Positions 13,911-24,713 of a stretch of DNA of 64,000 nucleotides are shown one piece after another. How positions within the stretch are numbered: position 1 is the stretch's first letter; each line of letters begins with the position of its first letter. Both the position numbers and the translations under genes were made by a program. The stretch comes from Escherichia coli (GTDB taxonomy: Bacteria; Pseudomonadota; Gammaproteobacteria; Enterobacterales; Enterobacteriaceae), in NCBI RefSeq assembly GCF_044324875.1, contig NZ_CP172185.1; one strand, given 5' to 3'. A model generated the notes under the pieces. The model made no database searches and was not told the DNA's origin. It saw nothing but the letters and a program-made list of their open reading frames with translations.

Positions 13911-14376
13911 TTGTCGGATGCGACGCTATGCGTCTTATCCGACCTACAGTTCAGTTCACCCCGCAGGCCTGATAAGCCGCGTCAGCGTCGCATCAGGCAT
14001 CGGTTGTCGGATGCGACGCCATGCGTCTTATCCGACCTACAGTTCAGTTCACCCCGTAGGCCTGATAAGTCGCGTCAGCGGCGCATCAGGCATCGGTTGT
14101 CGGATGCGACGCCATACGTCTTATCCGACCTACAGTTCAGCACGCCCCGTAGGCCTGATAAGCCGCGTCAGCGGCGCATCAGGCATCGGTTGTCGGATGC
14201 GACGCTATGCGTCTTATCCGACCTACAGTTCAGTTCACCCCGTAGGCCTGATAAGCCGCGTCAGCGGCGCATCAGGCATCGGTTGTCGGATGCGACGCTA
14301 TGCGTCTTATCCGACCTACAGTTCAGTTCATCCCGTAGGCCTGATAAGCCGCGTCAGCGGCGCATCAGGCATCGGT
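13911..14376. repeat. Tandem BIME array, about 5 copies of a 93-bp unit, in prpB-prpC spacer
   Basis: ttgtcggatgcgacgc(t/c)atgcgtcttatccgacctacagttcag...ggcctgataagccgcgtcagcg(t/g)cgcatcaggcatcgg repeated. Confidence 0.85.
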
Positions 14377-14402
14377 TGTCGAATACAACCAACGGGCGTT
14401 TT

Positions 14403-15293
14403 TTATTTCGCCTGGCTACGGGCAAACAGGTCGTCGAGCTTCTCTTCGTACTGGTAATAGTTGATGCTTTCGTACAGTTCGTTGCGGGTCTGCATGGTGT
14501 CGATGACGCTTTTCTGCGTGCCTTCCTGACGCAGGACGTTGTAGACATGTTCGGCGGCGCGGTTCATGGCGCGAAACGCTGAAAGCGGGTACAGCGCCAT
14601 TGCAACATGGGCACTGCGTAATTCATCGGTAGTAAACAGCGGTGTTGCGCCAAATTCGGTAATGTTGGCGAGGATTGGCACCTGCACCGCATCGGCAAAC
14701 TGGCGGTACATAGCGAGTTCGGTAATCGCCTCCGGGAACAACATCTCGGCACCCGCTTCAACATAGGCCCGCGCACGCTCGATCGCCGCATCCAGCCCTT
14801 CAACCGCCAGCGCATCGGTGCGCGCCATGATCACAAAATCAGGATCGGTTTTCGCATCCACCGCCGCGCGGATCCGATCCACCATCTCCTCTTTCGAGAC
14901 GATCGCTTTATTCGGGCGATGGCCGCAGCGTTTCGCACCAACCTGATCTTCAATATGCAATCCCGCCGCACCGGCTTTAATCATCGATTTCACGGTGCGC
15001 GCAACGTTAAAAGCAGAAGAACCAAAACCGATATCCGCATCTACCAGCAGCGGCAGCGAGCAGACGTCGGTGATACGGCGAATGTCGGTCAGCACGTCAT
15101 CAAGGGTAGAAATACCGAGATCGGGCAGCCCCAGCGAACCTGCCGCCACGCCACCGCCGGAAAGATAAATCGCCTGATATCCGGCACGCTGCGCCAACAG
15201 CGCATGGTTAGCGTTGATGGTGCCAACAATCTGCAATGGATTTTCTTTAGTCAGTGCAGCGCGAAACGCTTTACCTGGAGAGTGTAGAGACAT
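14403..15293 (-). CDS. prpB: 2-methylisocitrate lyase, 296 aa
   Basis: Protein recognised as PrpB ([34 protein letters not shown]...). Confidence 0.95.
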   Translation of the reverse strand: MSLHSPGKAFRAALTKENPLQIVGTINANHALLAQRAGYQAIYLSGGGVAAGSLGLPDLGISTLDDVLTDIRRITDVCSLPLLVDADIGFGSSAFNVARTVKSMIKAGAAGLHIEDQVGAKRCGHRPNKAIVSKEEMVDRIRAAVDAKTDPDFVIMARTDALAVEGLDAAIERARAYVEAGAEMLFPEAITELAMYRQFADAVQVPILANITEFGATPLFTTDELRSAHVAMALYPLSAFRAMNRAAEHVYNVLRQEGTQKSVIDTMQTRNELYESINYYQYEEKLDDLFARSQAK

Positions 15294-15339
15294 AGCCCAT
15301 CCTTTGTTATCAACTTGTTATTTGCGTTAATAAAGACAA

Positions 15340-15355
15340 AGCAAGGGGTGTGCCA
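15340..15355 (-). promoter_or_regulatory. sigma-54 promoter of prpBCDE (minus strand TGGCAC-N5-TTGCT)
   Basis: Plus strand agcaaggggtgtgcca; reverse complement gives GG at -24 and GC at -12 with correct spacing, about 47 bp upstream of prpB ATG; prpBCDE is known to be sigma-54/PrpR dependent. Confidence 0.6.
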
Positions 15356-15531
15356 CAATTGCCTGAATAAAATTAAATGTTTTATTTCAATTTGTTAGAG
15401 ATAAAGTCATGAAGTAATCCGCAAATATGCGTTTCAGTTAACGTTTCAGGCAATGTTTCACCGCGTTTCATTGCAACAATTATGAAACAAGACTAAACCC
15501 AATATTCAGTTTCTTAACTTTGCGGTGCGCT

Positions 15532-17118
15532 ATGGCACATCCACCACGGCTGAATGACGACAAACCGGTTATCTGGACGGTATCGGTGACGCGCCTGTTC
15601 GAGCTGTTTCGCGATATCAGCCTCGAGTTTGATCATCTGGCGAACATTACCCCTATCCAGCTTGGCTTTGAAAAAGCGGTGACCTACATCCGCAAGAAAC
15701 TGGCAAGCGAACGCTGTGACGCCATCATCGCTGCTGGCTCTAACGGCGCATATCTTAAAAGCCGCCTGTCAGTGCCAGTTATTTTGATTAAACCGAGCGG
15801 CTACGATGTGTTGCAGGCACTGGCAAAAGCCGGAAAACTCACCTCTTCTATCGGCGTTGTCACTTATCAGGAAACCATTCCAGCGCTGGTGGCGTTTCAA
15901 AAAACCTTTAATTTGCGCCTCGACCAACGTAGCTACATTACAGAGGAAGACGCACGCGGGCAGATTAACGAGCTGAAAGCTAACGGCACCGAAGCGGTGG
16001 TCGGCGCAGGGCTGATTACCGATTTGGCAGAAGAAGCCGGAATGACCGGAATTTTTATCTATTCCGCCGCCACCGTGCGCCAGGCATTCAGCGATGCGCT
16101 GGATATGACGCGCATGTCGTTACGCCATAACACTCACGATGCCACCCGTAACGCCCTGCGTACTCGTTACGTGCTGGGCGATATGCTCGGTCAATCACCA
16201 CAGATGGAACAGGTACGGCAGACTATTTTGCTGTATGCCCGCTCCAGTGCAGCGGTGTTGATTGAAGGGGAAACGGGGACGGGCAAAGAGCTGGCGGCCC
16301 AGGCGATTCATCGGGAATATTTTGCCCGCCACGATGCGCGACAGGGCAAAAAGTCACATCCGTTTGTTGCCGTCAACTGCGGGGCGATTGCCGAATCGCT
16401 GCTGGAGGCAGAGCTGTTTGGCTATGAGGAAGGGGCGTTTACCGGCTCGCGACGCGGAGGTCGCGCCGGGCTGTTCGAAATCGCCCACGGTGGTACGCTG
16501 TTTCTGGATGAGATTGGCGAAATGCCGCTACCTTTGCAGACTCGCCTGTTACGGGTGCTGGAAGAAAAAGAGGTCACCCGCGTCGGCGGGCATCAGCCTG
16601 TTCCGGTGGATGTGCGAGTCATTAGCGCCACTCACTGCAATCTGGAAGAAGATATGCGGCAAGGGCAGTTTCGCCGTGATCTGTTTTATCGGCTGAGTAT
16701 TTTGCGTCTGCAATTGCCACCACTGCGCGAGCGGGTGACGGATATTCTGCCGCTGGCGGAAAGCTTTTTGAAAGTGTCTCTGGCGGCGCTCTCCGCCCCG
16801 TTTTCTGCCGCATTACGCCAGGGATTACAGGCAAGCGAAACCGTGCTGGTGCACTACGACTGGCCGGGCAATATTCGTGAACTGCGCAATATGATGGAGC
16901 GACTGGCGCTGTTTTTAAGTGTGGAACCGACGCCGGATTTAACGCCGCAATTTTTGCAGCTGCTACTGCCGGAACTGGCGCGCGAGTCGGCGAAAATTCC
17001 CGCCCCATCCTTGCTGACACCACTACAGGCACTGGAGAAATTTAATGGCGATAAAACAGCAGCGGCGAATTATTTAGGCATCAGCCGGACGACGTTCTGG
17101 CGGCGGCTGAAAAGCTGA
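15532..17118 (+). CDS. prpR: sigma-54 dependent activator of prp operon, 528 aa (start [12 protein letters not shown])
   Basis: AAA+ sigma-54 activator motifs ([13 protein letters not shown]) and C-terminal HTH; divergent from prpB. Confidence 0.93.
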   Translation: MAHPPRLNDDKPVIWTVSVTRLFELFRDISLEFDHLANITPIQLGFEKAVTYIRKKLASERCDAIIAAGSNGAYLKSRLSVPVILIKPSGYDVLQALAKAGKLTSSIGVVTYQETIPALVAFQKTFNLRLDQRSYITEEDARGQINELKANGTEAVVGAGLITDLAEEAGMTGIFIYSAATVRQAFSDALDMTRMSLRHNTHDATRNALRTRYVLGDMLGQSPQMEQVRQTILLYARSSAAVLIEGETGTGKELAAQAIHREYFARHDARQGKKSHPFVAVNCGAIAESLLEAELFGYEEGAFTGSRRGGRAGLFEIAHGGTLFLDEIGEMPLPLQTRLLRVLEEKEVTRVGGHQPVPVDVRVISATHCNLEEDMRQGQFRRDLFYRLSILRLQLPPLRERVTDILPLAESFLKVSLAALSAPFSAALRQGLQASETVLVHYDWPGNIRELRNMMERLALFLSVEPTPDLTPQFLQLLLPELARESAKIPAPSLLTPLQALEKFNGDKTAAANYLGISRTTFWRRLKS

Positions 17119-17215
17119 ACTGCCGAATGCAGCGCGAACGCTTTCTCCGGCATAAATTTCAATAGATGATCACCGATAAACTTACGCATCGGGGATGTTT
17201 ACATAGGGTTCAGAA

Positions 17216-17491
17216 TTACTTCTTCTTATAAATATTTGCCGTGCCGTGGATCTTATTGTCAGTTTGACCAGAGGTCAGTACCAACACATCAGCCCCTTTT
17301 TCATCCGCTTTTTTGATCAAATCTTCTTTCGCATCTGCGGTCGACATTTCATTACTGGTTGAAATATCACCTATTTTTTCATATTGCGATTCAACCTTTT
17401 CAAATTCCGCTTTGGTCATTAATTCTGCGGCATAGACATTGGTAACGGCAAACGCTAACGCACCGACTAACATTTTAGAGATTATTTTCAT
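17216..17491 (-). CDS. yahO: DUF1471 periplasmic stress protein, 91 aa
   Basis: Signal peptide plus recognised YahO sequence. Confidence 0.85.
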   Translation of the reverse strand: MKIISKMLVGALAFAVTNVYAAELMTKAEFEKVESQYEKIGDISTSNEMSTADAKEDLIKKADEKGADVLVLTSGQTDNKIHGTANIYKKK

Positions 17492-17637
17492 ATTACGGCT
17501 CCAGAGTTGTTATCACACTATCACCCACCCACATTATTGGGTTGATTAATAATTAGTTCAGTCAGGGCATAAACGCCAGTAACCGGAAATAAGACACTTT
17601 GTGATCTCTCTCGCACCCGATTATTTTTGGTAGAAAT

Positions 17638-18309
17638 ATGATGAAGTTACTTCACTTATTTATGGATGAAATCACTATGGATCCTTTGCACGCCGTTTAT
17701 CTGACCGTAGGACTGTTCGTGATTACTTTTTTTAATCCGGGAGCCAATCTCTTTGTGGTAGTACAAACCAGCCTGGCTTCCGGTCGACGCGCAGGAGTGC
17801 TGACCGGACTGGGCGTGGCGTTGGGCGATGCATTTTATTCCGGGTTGGGTTTGTTTGGTCTTGCAACGCTAATTACGCAGTGTGAGGAGATTTTTTCGCT
17901 TATCAGAATCGTTGGCGGCGCTTATCTCTTATGGTTTGCGTGGTGCAGCATGCGCCGCCAGTCAACACCGCAAATGAGCACACTACAACAACCGATTAGC
18001 GCCCCCTGGTATGTTTTTTTTCGACGTGGATTAATTACCGATCTCTCTAACCCGCAAACCGTTTTATTTTTTATCAGTATTTTCTCAGTAACATTAAATG
18101 CCGAAACACCAACATGGGCACGTTTAATGGCCTGGGCGGGGATTGTGCTCGCATCAGTTATCTGGCGCGTTTTTCTTAGTCAGGCGTTTTCTTTGCCCGC
18201 TGTGCGTCGTGCTTATGGGCGTATGCAACGCGTTGCCAGTCGGGTTATTGGTGCAATTATTGGTATATTCGCGCTACGCCTGATTTACGAAGGGGTGATG
18301 CAGCGGTGA
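17638..18309 (+). CDS. yahN: LysE/RhtB-family amino acid exporter, 223 aa
   Basis: Multi-TM protein recognised as YahN. Confidence 0.85.
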   Translation: MMKLLHLFMDEITMDPLHAVYLTVGLFVITFFNPGANLFVVVQTSLASGRRAGVLTGLGVALGDAFYSGLGLFGLATLITQCEEIFSLIRIVGGAYLLWFAWCSMRRQSTPQMSTLQQPISAPWYVFFRRGLITDLSNPQTVLFFISIFSVTLNAETPTWARLMAWAGIVLASVIWRVFLSQAFSLPAVRRAYGRMQRVASRVIGAIIGIFALRLIYEGVMQR

Positions 18310-18325
18310 GCAGATAATTTACTCT

Positions 18326-18571
18326 CTACGTAATCAACCTGATTTGCCAAATCCCGGTCATCGGCGATGATAGCCCCCGTAATGCGTGGTCCTTATTTCC
18401 GATAAGTTTACTTGAGTCTTTAGCTTCCCATTTCAGCCCACTCTCCCCTGTATGGGCTTTTTTCATTGCTCTGACCCGCCCTGAATAGCCAAACAATGGC
18501 AATGTTTCACTTTGCAGGGATGATAATAAGGGGAGCTGATTCAGAAGAGTTATGAAAAGTTGGACCGCCAT
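18326..18571 (-). CDS. yahM: small uncharacterised protein, 81 aa (start MAVQLFITLL)
   Basis: Position and size match yahM as I recall it; weak evidence. Confidence 0.45.
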   Translation of the reverse strand: MAVQLFITLLNQLPLLSSLQSETLPLFGYSGRVRAMKKAHTGESGLKWEAKDSSKLIGNKDHALRGLSSPMTGIWQIRLIT

Positions 18572-18983
18572 CGAGGCCTCGAACCCCGTACCATACAACA
18601 ATCCTGGTTGTCGTCTGCTCTTCCTGATGAGCTAATGGCGGTTTTTGATATGAGCCTTACAGCATATTTTCTGTCAGGCTTGAGTGCGATGCGTAAGGTA
18701 CAGAAAAGACCCCACACAAACATGATGGAATTATGATTTTTTTCATATGAATGTCAACCCACACATTCACAAAACACCTGCATGAGATCATTTTTTATAC
18801 ACCACATAGCTGCAAAACTACTACTGGTGATTTTTTAAGCGAAGCGTCGCCGATCACAACAAAATATCGGCGAAAAAGGCGGTGGAATGCCATTTGGCAT
18901 ACGGATATACAGATGAAATGATCACCTGCTTTGCGATTCACTCTCTGCTGGAATAACAACTTGCAGGTGGAACCCTTTCTGAA

Positions 18984-19799
18984 CTAAAGAGTGTAGCGGA
19001 TTTTAACGTGCTTATTTACAGGATAATATCTGTCACCTAATTCCTGCACTCTATTCGATATCCATTCGTTTAATCGCGCATCATCTCTGTATGTTTTTAC
19101 GTCCAGAACAGAGAGCAATAACATCACCAGCGATTCAGGAAAAACAGGGTAGATATTTTTTAAGTGTAATAATAATCCATGCGCAAGCGCCTGCTTAATT
19201 GGTGCGTCGCTCTCCGGAATAGACGACATTTCGCGAAGCCATTTTTCCACATGCATACACTCTTTCCCTTTAGGGAAAAGTCTCAGTAAAGGCATATGGT
19301 GTTCAAGAAGAATACATTTGCAATCTGTTCGCACTGAATCGATAAACTGCACTAATTTCTTAAGCCCGGTAAAGCGTCCAGCCTGCACATTTGCTTTAAT
19401 ATCAAGAAACGCATCATCCTGGTCATATACCCAAACTGTCCCTTTTTGATTTTCAAGTATGCGAAAAACAAACTTAACCGGGTAATCAGGGTAATCCATC
19501 CAGTCATAAAATCCCGGGAAATCATTAAACTGTACATTTATGGTAAGTGCGTTATCGTCTGACCACTCACAGTCTCGTACGGCAGCCATGAGATGAATGA
19601 GTTTGTCATCATCGACTAAATCATCACGACAATCATAAGGATAATCATAATATTGTTTAATCAAAACCTTGAATATATCGACACAGGAAACCAGGGAGCT
19701 TTTGATATCCTCCGGTAACTGATTGTTTTTAACCGTATTAAGTATGCTTTGTTGCGTATATGGCATCAAATTATTGTACGGAGCTTTTAATGATATCAT
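18984..19799 (-). CDS. yahL: uncharacterised protein, 271 aa
   Basis: ORF in expected position; sequence recognised as YahL. Confidence 0.8.
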   Translation of the reverse strand: MISLKAPYNNLMPYTQQSILNTVKNNQLPEDIKSSLVSCVDIFKVLIKQYYDYPYDCRDDLVDDDKLIHLMAAVRDCEWSDDNALTINVQFNDFPGFYDWMDYPDYPVKFVFRILENQKGTVWVYDQDDAFLDIKANVQAGRFTGLKKLVQFIDSVRTDCKCILLEHHMPLLRLFPKGKECMHVEKWLREMSSIPESDAPIKQALAHGLLLHLKNIYPVFPESLVMLLLSVLDVKTYRDDARLNEWISNRVQELGDRYYPVNKHVKIRYTL

Positions 19800-19968
19800 C
19801 GCGATCTCTCTTAAATAAAAATAAACGTCGCAGATAATAAAGCCCTGATTAAACCAGGCACTATCAGAAATCGCTCATAACTAACGTATGAAGTATTGTG
19901 TCCTGGAGGGAGTTAATTTAACAATTTGAATTTACGTTATAGGTTTTACCGCTACTTTGATATTATTT

Positions 19969-20002
19969 CGCTCTCCTTAACTAAAAAGTTAAGTGGAGAG
20001 CG
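19969..20002. other. 34-bp near-perfect palindrome cgctctccttaac-taaaaa-gttaagtggagagcg, 40 bp downstream of yahK stop
   Basis: Seen in sequence; no flanking T-run on either strand. Confidence 0.5.
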
Positions 20003-20041
20003 AAGTTAATATGTTAAACCACAGGGTATTTATTAATTGTT

Positions 20042-21091
20042 TCAGTCTGTTAGTGTGCGATTATCGATAACAAAACGATATTTCACATCTCCTCGCAGCA
20101 TTCGCTCATAGGCTTCATTAATTTGATCGGCCCGAATCATCTCTATATCAGCCACGATGCCATGTTCGGCGCAAAAATCGAGCATCTCCTGTGTTTCTGG
20201 AATGCCGCCAATCATAGAGCCGGCTATCGCGCGGCGTTTCATGATCAGGTTGAAAACTTCCGGCGATTTATGCGGTGTCGCAGGCGCACCAACCAGCGTC
20301 ATGGTGCCATCGCGCTTCAGCAAGGTGGTAAAATCGTCGAGATTATGTGGCGCAGCTACTGTATTCAAAATGAAATCGAAACTCTTCAGATGAGCCGCCA
20401 TCTCATCGGCATTGCGTGAGTTAACAACTTCATCGGCCCCCAGGGCTTTTGCCGCTTCGCGTTTTGCCTCAGAAGTGGTAAATGCCACCACATGTGCCCC
20501 CATCGCGTGGGCCAGCTTAATCCCCATATGTCCCAGACCGCCGATGCCAACCACGCCCACTTTTTTACCCGGCCCGGCCTGCCAGTGACGTAGCGGCGAG
20601 TATGTGGTGATCCCTGCACACAATAAAGGAGCCACCGCCGCCAGCTGCTCTTGCGGGTGACGAATACGCAGAACATATCGCTCATGAACGACGATCTGTT
20701 GTGAGTAGCCGCCCAGCGTATGGCCCGGTTCGTCCGGCGTCGGCGAGTTATAGGTGCCGGTCATGTGATCACAGTAGTTTTCCAGCCCGTCTTCACACTC
20801 TTCGCAATGTTTACAACTGTCGACAATACAGCCGACACCGACCAGATCGCCCGTCGCATGTTTTTCTACCTGATCACCAACGGCTACCACACGCCCCACA
20901 ATTTCATGACCCGGCACGCAGGGGTAAACCGTCCCCGCCCACTCGGAACGGACCTGGTGGATATCGGAATGGCAGACGCCACAGTAAGCGATTTCAATTT
21001 TGACATCATGCGGTCCCGGTTCACGCCTGGTAATATCCATCGGTTCCAGCGGTTGCGTCGCGGAATAAGCACCAATAGCCTTGATATTCAT
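20042..21091 (-). CDS. yahK: NADPH-dependent aldehyde reductase (zinc alcohol dehydrogenase family), 349 aa (start MNIKAIGAYS)
   Basis: GHEIVG and CGVCHSD zinc-ADH motifs; recognised as YahK. Confidence 0.9.
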   Translation of the reverse strand: MNIKAIGAYSATQPLEPMDITRREPGPHDVKIEIAYCGVCHSDIHQVRSEWAGTVYPCVPGHEIVGRVVAVGDQVEKHATGDLVGVGCIVDSCKHCEECEDGLENYCDHMTGTYNSPTPDEPGHTLGGYSQQIVVHERYVLRIRHPQEQLAAVAPLLCAGITTYSPLRHWQAGPGKKVGVVGIGGLGHMGIKLAHAMGAHVVAFTTSEAKREAAKALGADEVVNSRNADEMAAHLKSFDFILNTVAAPHNLDDFTTLLKRDGTMTLVGAPATPHKSPEVFNLIMKRRAIAGSMIGGIPETQEMLDFCAEHGIVADIEMIRADQINEAYERMLRGDVKYRFVIDNRTLTD

Positions 21092-21362
21092 TGCATTCAC
21101 TCCTGTTCGAAGAGGTATCTGGATGATGTGAGGAACGTCTTTGCAGCAAAACTCGCTCATTCAATATAGCCAATGAATGGTTGCCCGTGATGGGCTCTGA
21201 GACGTTGATACCGGAGAGTTTAATGACCAATAGTGGTGTCGTTTTTCGTGGCAGATCACACTTTCTGGCACCAGCGATATCCCTTTTCCGCCTTAAAACC
21301 GGGGCGGTATCGTGACTGGCGAATTAGACTGCCGTGAAATTCAATTATTACGCACACGCCGT

Positions 21363-22010
21363 TTACCCCGCAAAAGAAACACGCAATAACTTTAACTGCC
21401 CGTTAATCATGCCAAATTCCAGTATAGTTGTGCCATCACAAACAGCCGGTGGAATTTGTTCATTAGCCTGCGAACCAATATTCAGCGTAATGCCATCGTC
21501 AGAAATATTCCCCGACATCGCCAGTTCACATATTCCCGTGACGTAGTGGCGCTCCCCTTTCTCTTCGTAATAGAAACGTCCATCATTGAGGGGATAATAT
21601 TTTCTTTTTTGCTCCGCTGGCGTCAGCGAATGACTGAGATAATCATCAATCCATTGGGTACCCGGATGTATCGTGAATTTTGTGACATTATGCAGACGCC
21701 GCATAATGGTTTCTGAATGGCGATCAAATAGTGCTTCTGTGAAGGGTTCAGATTCAGGCAACTCAATCTCAGCGAGAAAGCCGAAATAGGTATCGTAGGG
21801 GAATTTTAAGAAGGTTTTTAGTTTCGTGGCATTCTTTGCACTCAGCGCTTGCTGAAACTTTTGCAATTGCGTTAAGGCATCTTTTTTCTGCTCCGGCGTG
21901 ACCAGGGGCTGTATGCGCACCGCCTCGCATTCGTGTTGTGAATTTCCAGCAGGGCAAGTTGCCAGGACGGCCTGACTCAGAAACAACAGCGATAACCAAA
22001 GAAATTTCAC
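21363..22010 (-). CDS. hypothetical secreted protein, 215 aa, with N-terminal signal peptide
   Basis: ORF with signal peptide MKFLWLSLLFLSQAVLA and GGA-rich RBS region; not recognised as a named K-12 protein. Confidence 0.5.
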   Translation of the reverse strand: MKFLWLSLLFLSQAVLATCPAGNSQHECEAVRIQPLVTPEQKKDALTQLQKFQQALSAKNATKLKTFLKFPYDTYFGFLAEIELPESEPFTEALFDRHSETIMRRLHNVTKFTIHPGTQWIDDYLSHSLTPAEQKRKYYPLNDGRFYYEEKGERHYVTGICELAMSGNISDDGITLNIGSQANEQIPPAVCDGTTILEFGMINGQLKLLRVSFAG

Positions 22011-22129
22011 GGCGTCTATCCATCCCTGGATAAAAAAGATAATCCGCAGTGTACGTCATGGGCAAAACGCAGAGGATATCGGGTTTTAAAATCGGAATAG
22101 TGCCTGCCCGGATATCCTCGCTGATAACG

Positions 22130-23508
22130 TTACACCACACTCCCCCACACCAGTTGTCCTTTATGGAACGTTGCCGTTCTCGGCGAGATACGCGCCACCG
22201 CCTCGGCGGAACAGGAGGCGTCCACCAGCACAAAACTGGCGTCATCCTGCGCTTTGGGCCACACGCGCTCGCCTTTTTCATTCAGCGGCAATACATCGCC
22301 AGTGGCTAAAAACAGCGAACGGGACAAATTCTGTTCGTTAGGGCGAATATAGAGCTGCGCGTACAGATTGGCTTTTTCCAGCATGTCGCCCAGGCCATAA
22401 GGTGACCAGTGGTCAATAACGCTGTCAGTTCCGGTCATGACTTTTACGCCTTTGTCGTGCAACTGTTTGAGCGGCATATGCAGCGTGCCAATCGGCACCG
22501 TCGAGGCGATAGAAATTTGCTGCGCCGCCATCCGGTGCGCCAGTTCATCTACCTGTTGTTCGTTGAGCGTTGCCAACGCAAAGGCGTGACTGATGGTCAG
22601 CTTGCCCTTCAGCTGTGGCGTTTTCTCTACCGTTTCAACCATATAATTGATGGCTGCCACACCTGCCGGAGTGGTTTCGTGCAGGTGAATATCGACGCCT
22701 TTGTCGTAGTCCAGCGCAATCTGAAACATGGTGTCGAGGGATTTTTCCATCGCGCCATCAACACTGGTTGGGTCCAGCCCGCCGACGTAATGCGCGCCCG
22801 CCTGCATCGCTTCACGCATTAAGGGTTCTGATTTCGACAGCAGCAAACCGTGCTGCGGGAAGGCGACGATTTCACACTCGAAGCCCGCCTGACGTCGCGC
22901 CAGCACCGCCTGCAAATTTTGCAGATTTTTCAGGCCGGAAACCGGTTCGATATTGCAGTGGCTGCGGGCAATGGTGGTGCCTTTCGACTGCAATAAATCG
23001 ATCAGTTTTTCCGCTCGTTCCTGAGTGTACGGTTGCAGCTCCGGCAGCATTTTCTGCTCGAGTTTGATCATGTCCTGGATGGTGGTCCTGCCGGGCGATT
23101 GAGCGAGCGCCACGGCCCGCCGTAAAAGGTTTTGTCGAGATGAATATGCATGTCGCGGGTGGTGGGCAGCATCAGCTTACCGCCAGCGTCATAGTGCGGC
23201 AGCGTGGCGTCCGGATGCTGCTTGTTCTCGCGCAGGGCAACAATTTTGCCGTTCTGAATCTCTACGGTCTGGTGCGCCGTGCGGGTCTGTACCGCCACAC
23301 CGTTTTCGTAGTCAAAACCGGTTTCCAGCAGCACGTTGTCGAGATAGTAGTGCGGGTCAGTGATTTTCATGGTGTTATTCGCGTCGCAGTTTAGGGTGCC
23401 AGAGACTGCCGCATGGGCGAGCGGCACAGAGGTACCAAACAGCGCGGCGGCGGTGACCATCTTACAGCTCTGGCTCAGAAACTCACGGCGGCTATTGTTT
23501 TTTTTCAT
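22130..23508 (-). pseudogene. yahJ: Tat-signal amidohydrolase/deaminase split by a frameshift into 146-aa and 327-aa ORFs overlapping at 23068-23113
   Basis: N-fragment has SRREFL twin-arginine motif and HxH metal site; C-fragment continues the amidohydrolase fold in another frame; combined length about 460 aa. Confidence 0.75.
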
Positions 23509-23517
23509 CTTACGTCC

Positions 23518-24468
23518 TTACGTTTTAATAATATGTGTGCCTGTTTCACCGCGCAGCGCCGCAGGCAGGCATTCCGGCGTGGTGATAATCACTTCTTTGC
23601 CGCCCTGCTCCAGGAACGTCAGGCTGGCGATGATTTTTGGCAACATGCTGCCAGGCGGGAAATGCCCTTCCTGCATATAGCGGGTCATGGTGGCAATATC
23701 CACCCGATCCAGCGCCTGCTGCTGCGGCTTGCCAAAGTGAATACACACTTTTTCGACGCCGGTGGTGATCACCAGAATGTCGGCGTGAATTTCACGGGCC
23801 AATAGCGCGGTAGAGAGATCTTTGTCGATAACCGCGTCCACGCTTTGGTAATCCCCCGCTTCACTGCACACCACCGGAATTCCACCGCCGCCCGCGCCAA
23901 TCACCACAAAACCTTGTTGGATCAGCGCCTTAATGGCAGGTGCTTCGACAATACGTTTCGGTTCCGGCGAGGCGACCACGCGGCGATAGCCCCGTCCGGC
24001 ATCTTCAACAAAACGCCAGTCAGGGTTTGCCTTTTGTAATTCGTCACGCTGGCTTTCACTGAAGAATGCGCCGATGGGCTTGGTGGGATGAGCAAATCCC
24101 GGATCGTTTTTATCCACTTCCACCTGAGTCACCACGGTGACGGCTTTTTTCTCGCCGTGACGCGCCAGTCGGTTATTCAGCGCCTGTTGGATCAGGTAGC
24201 CGATGCCACCTTGCGTATCCGCCACACAGTTCGCCAGCGGCGTTAAGGGCAGCCCTTCGCGCTCGTGGGCAATCTCCGCACGGCGTAAATCCAGCCCGAC
24301 CTGCGGCCCGTTGCCGTGGGTCAGCACAATGTCGTAATCGGAAGCCAGCATTTCCAGCACCGTATCGGCGACGGCCTTCACCGCCTCCGCCTGATGCTCA
24401 ATCGACTGGCTGGCGTTATCTTTGATAATGCTGTTGCCACCAATGGCAACGACCACAAGTTCTTTCAT
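23518..24468 (-). CDS. yahI: carbamate kinase-like protein, 316 aa
   Basis: Amino-acid kinase fold (VVAIGGN..., THGNGPQVG) recognised as YahI. Confidence 0.9.
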   Translation of the reverse strand: MKELVVVAIGGNSIIKDNASQSIEHQAEAVKAVADTVLEMLASDYDIVLTHGNGPQVGLDLRRAEIAHEREGLPLTPLANCVADTQGGIGYLIQQALNNRLARHGEKKAVTVVTQVEVDKNDPGFAHPTKPIGAFFSESQRDELQKANPDWRFVEDAGRGYRRVVASPEPKRIVEAPAIKALIQQGFVVIGAGGGGIPVVCSEAGDYQSVDAVIDKDLSTALLAREIHADILVITTGVEKVCIHFGKPQQQALDRVDIATMTRYMQEGHFPPGSMLPKIIASLTFLEQGGKEVIITTPECLPAALRGETGTHIIKT

Positions 24469-24518
24469 GTTGTTATGTCCGCTACAGAGGGTGATGGGGT
24501 TATGACCAACGCCAGACT

Positions 24519-24700
24519 GCCTGATGCGCTACGCTTATCAGGCCTAGAATTCTCGTGCCATTCGTAGGCCGGATAAGGCGTTCACGCCGCATCCGGCAAT
24601 GGTGACAAATGCCTGATGCGCTACGCTTATCAGGCCTACAGATTCTCGCGCCACTCGTAGGCCGGATAAGGCGTTCACGCCGCATCCGGCAGAGACAACG
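24519..24700. repeat. BIME with four REP palindromes between yahG and yahI
   Basis: Two copies of gcctgatgcgctacgcttatcaggcctac...gtaggccggataaggcgttcacgccgcatccggca. Confidence 0.8.
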
Positions 24701-24713
24701 CGCACTTTGCAGG

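Noticed and set aside
13752-14582. 276-aa and 179-aa plus-strand ORFs with internal peptide repeats
   Set aside because: They span the prpB-prpC REP array and the antisense strand of prpB; the repeats in the protein mirror the DNA repeats.
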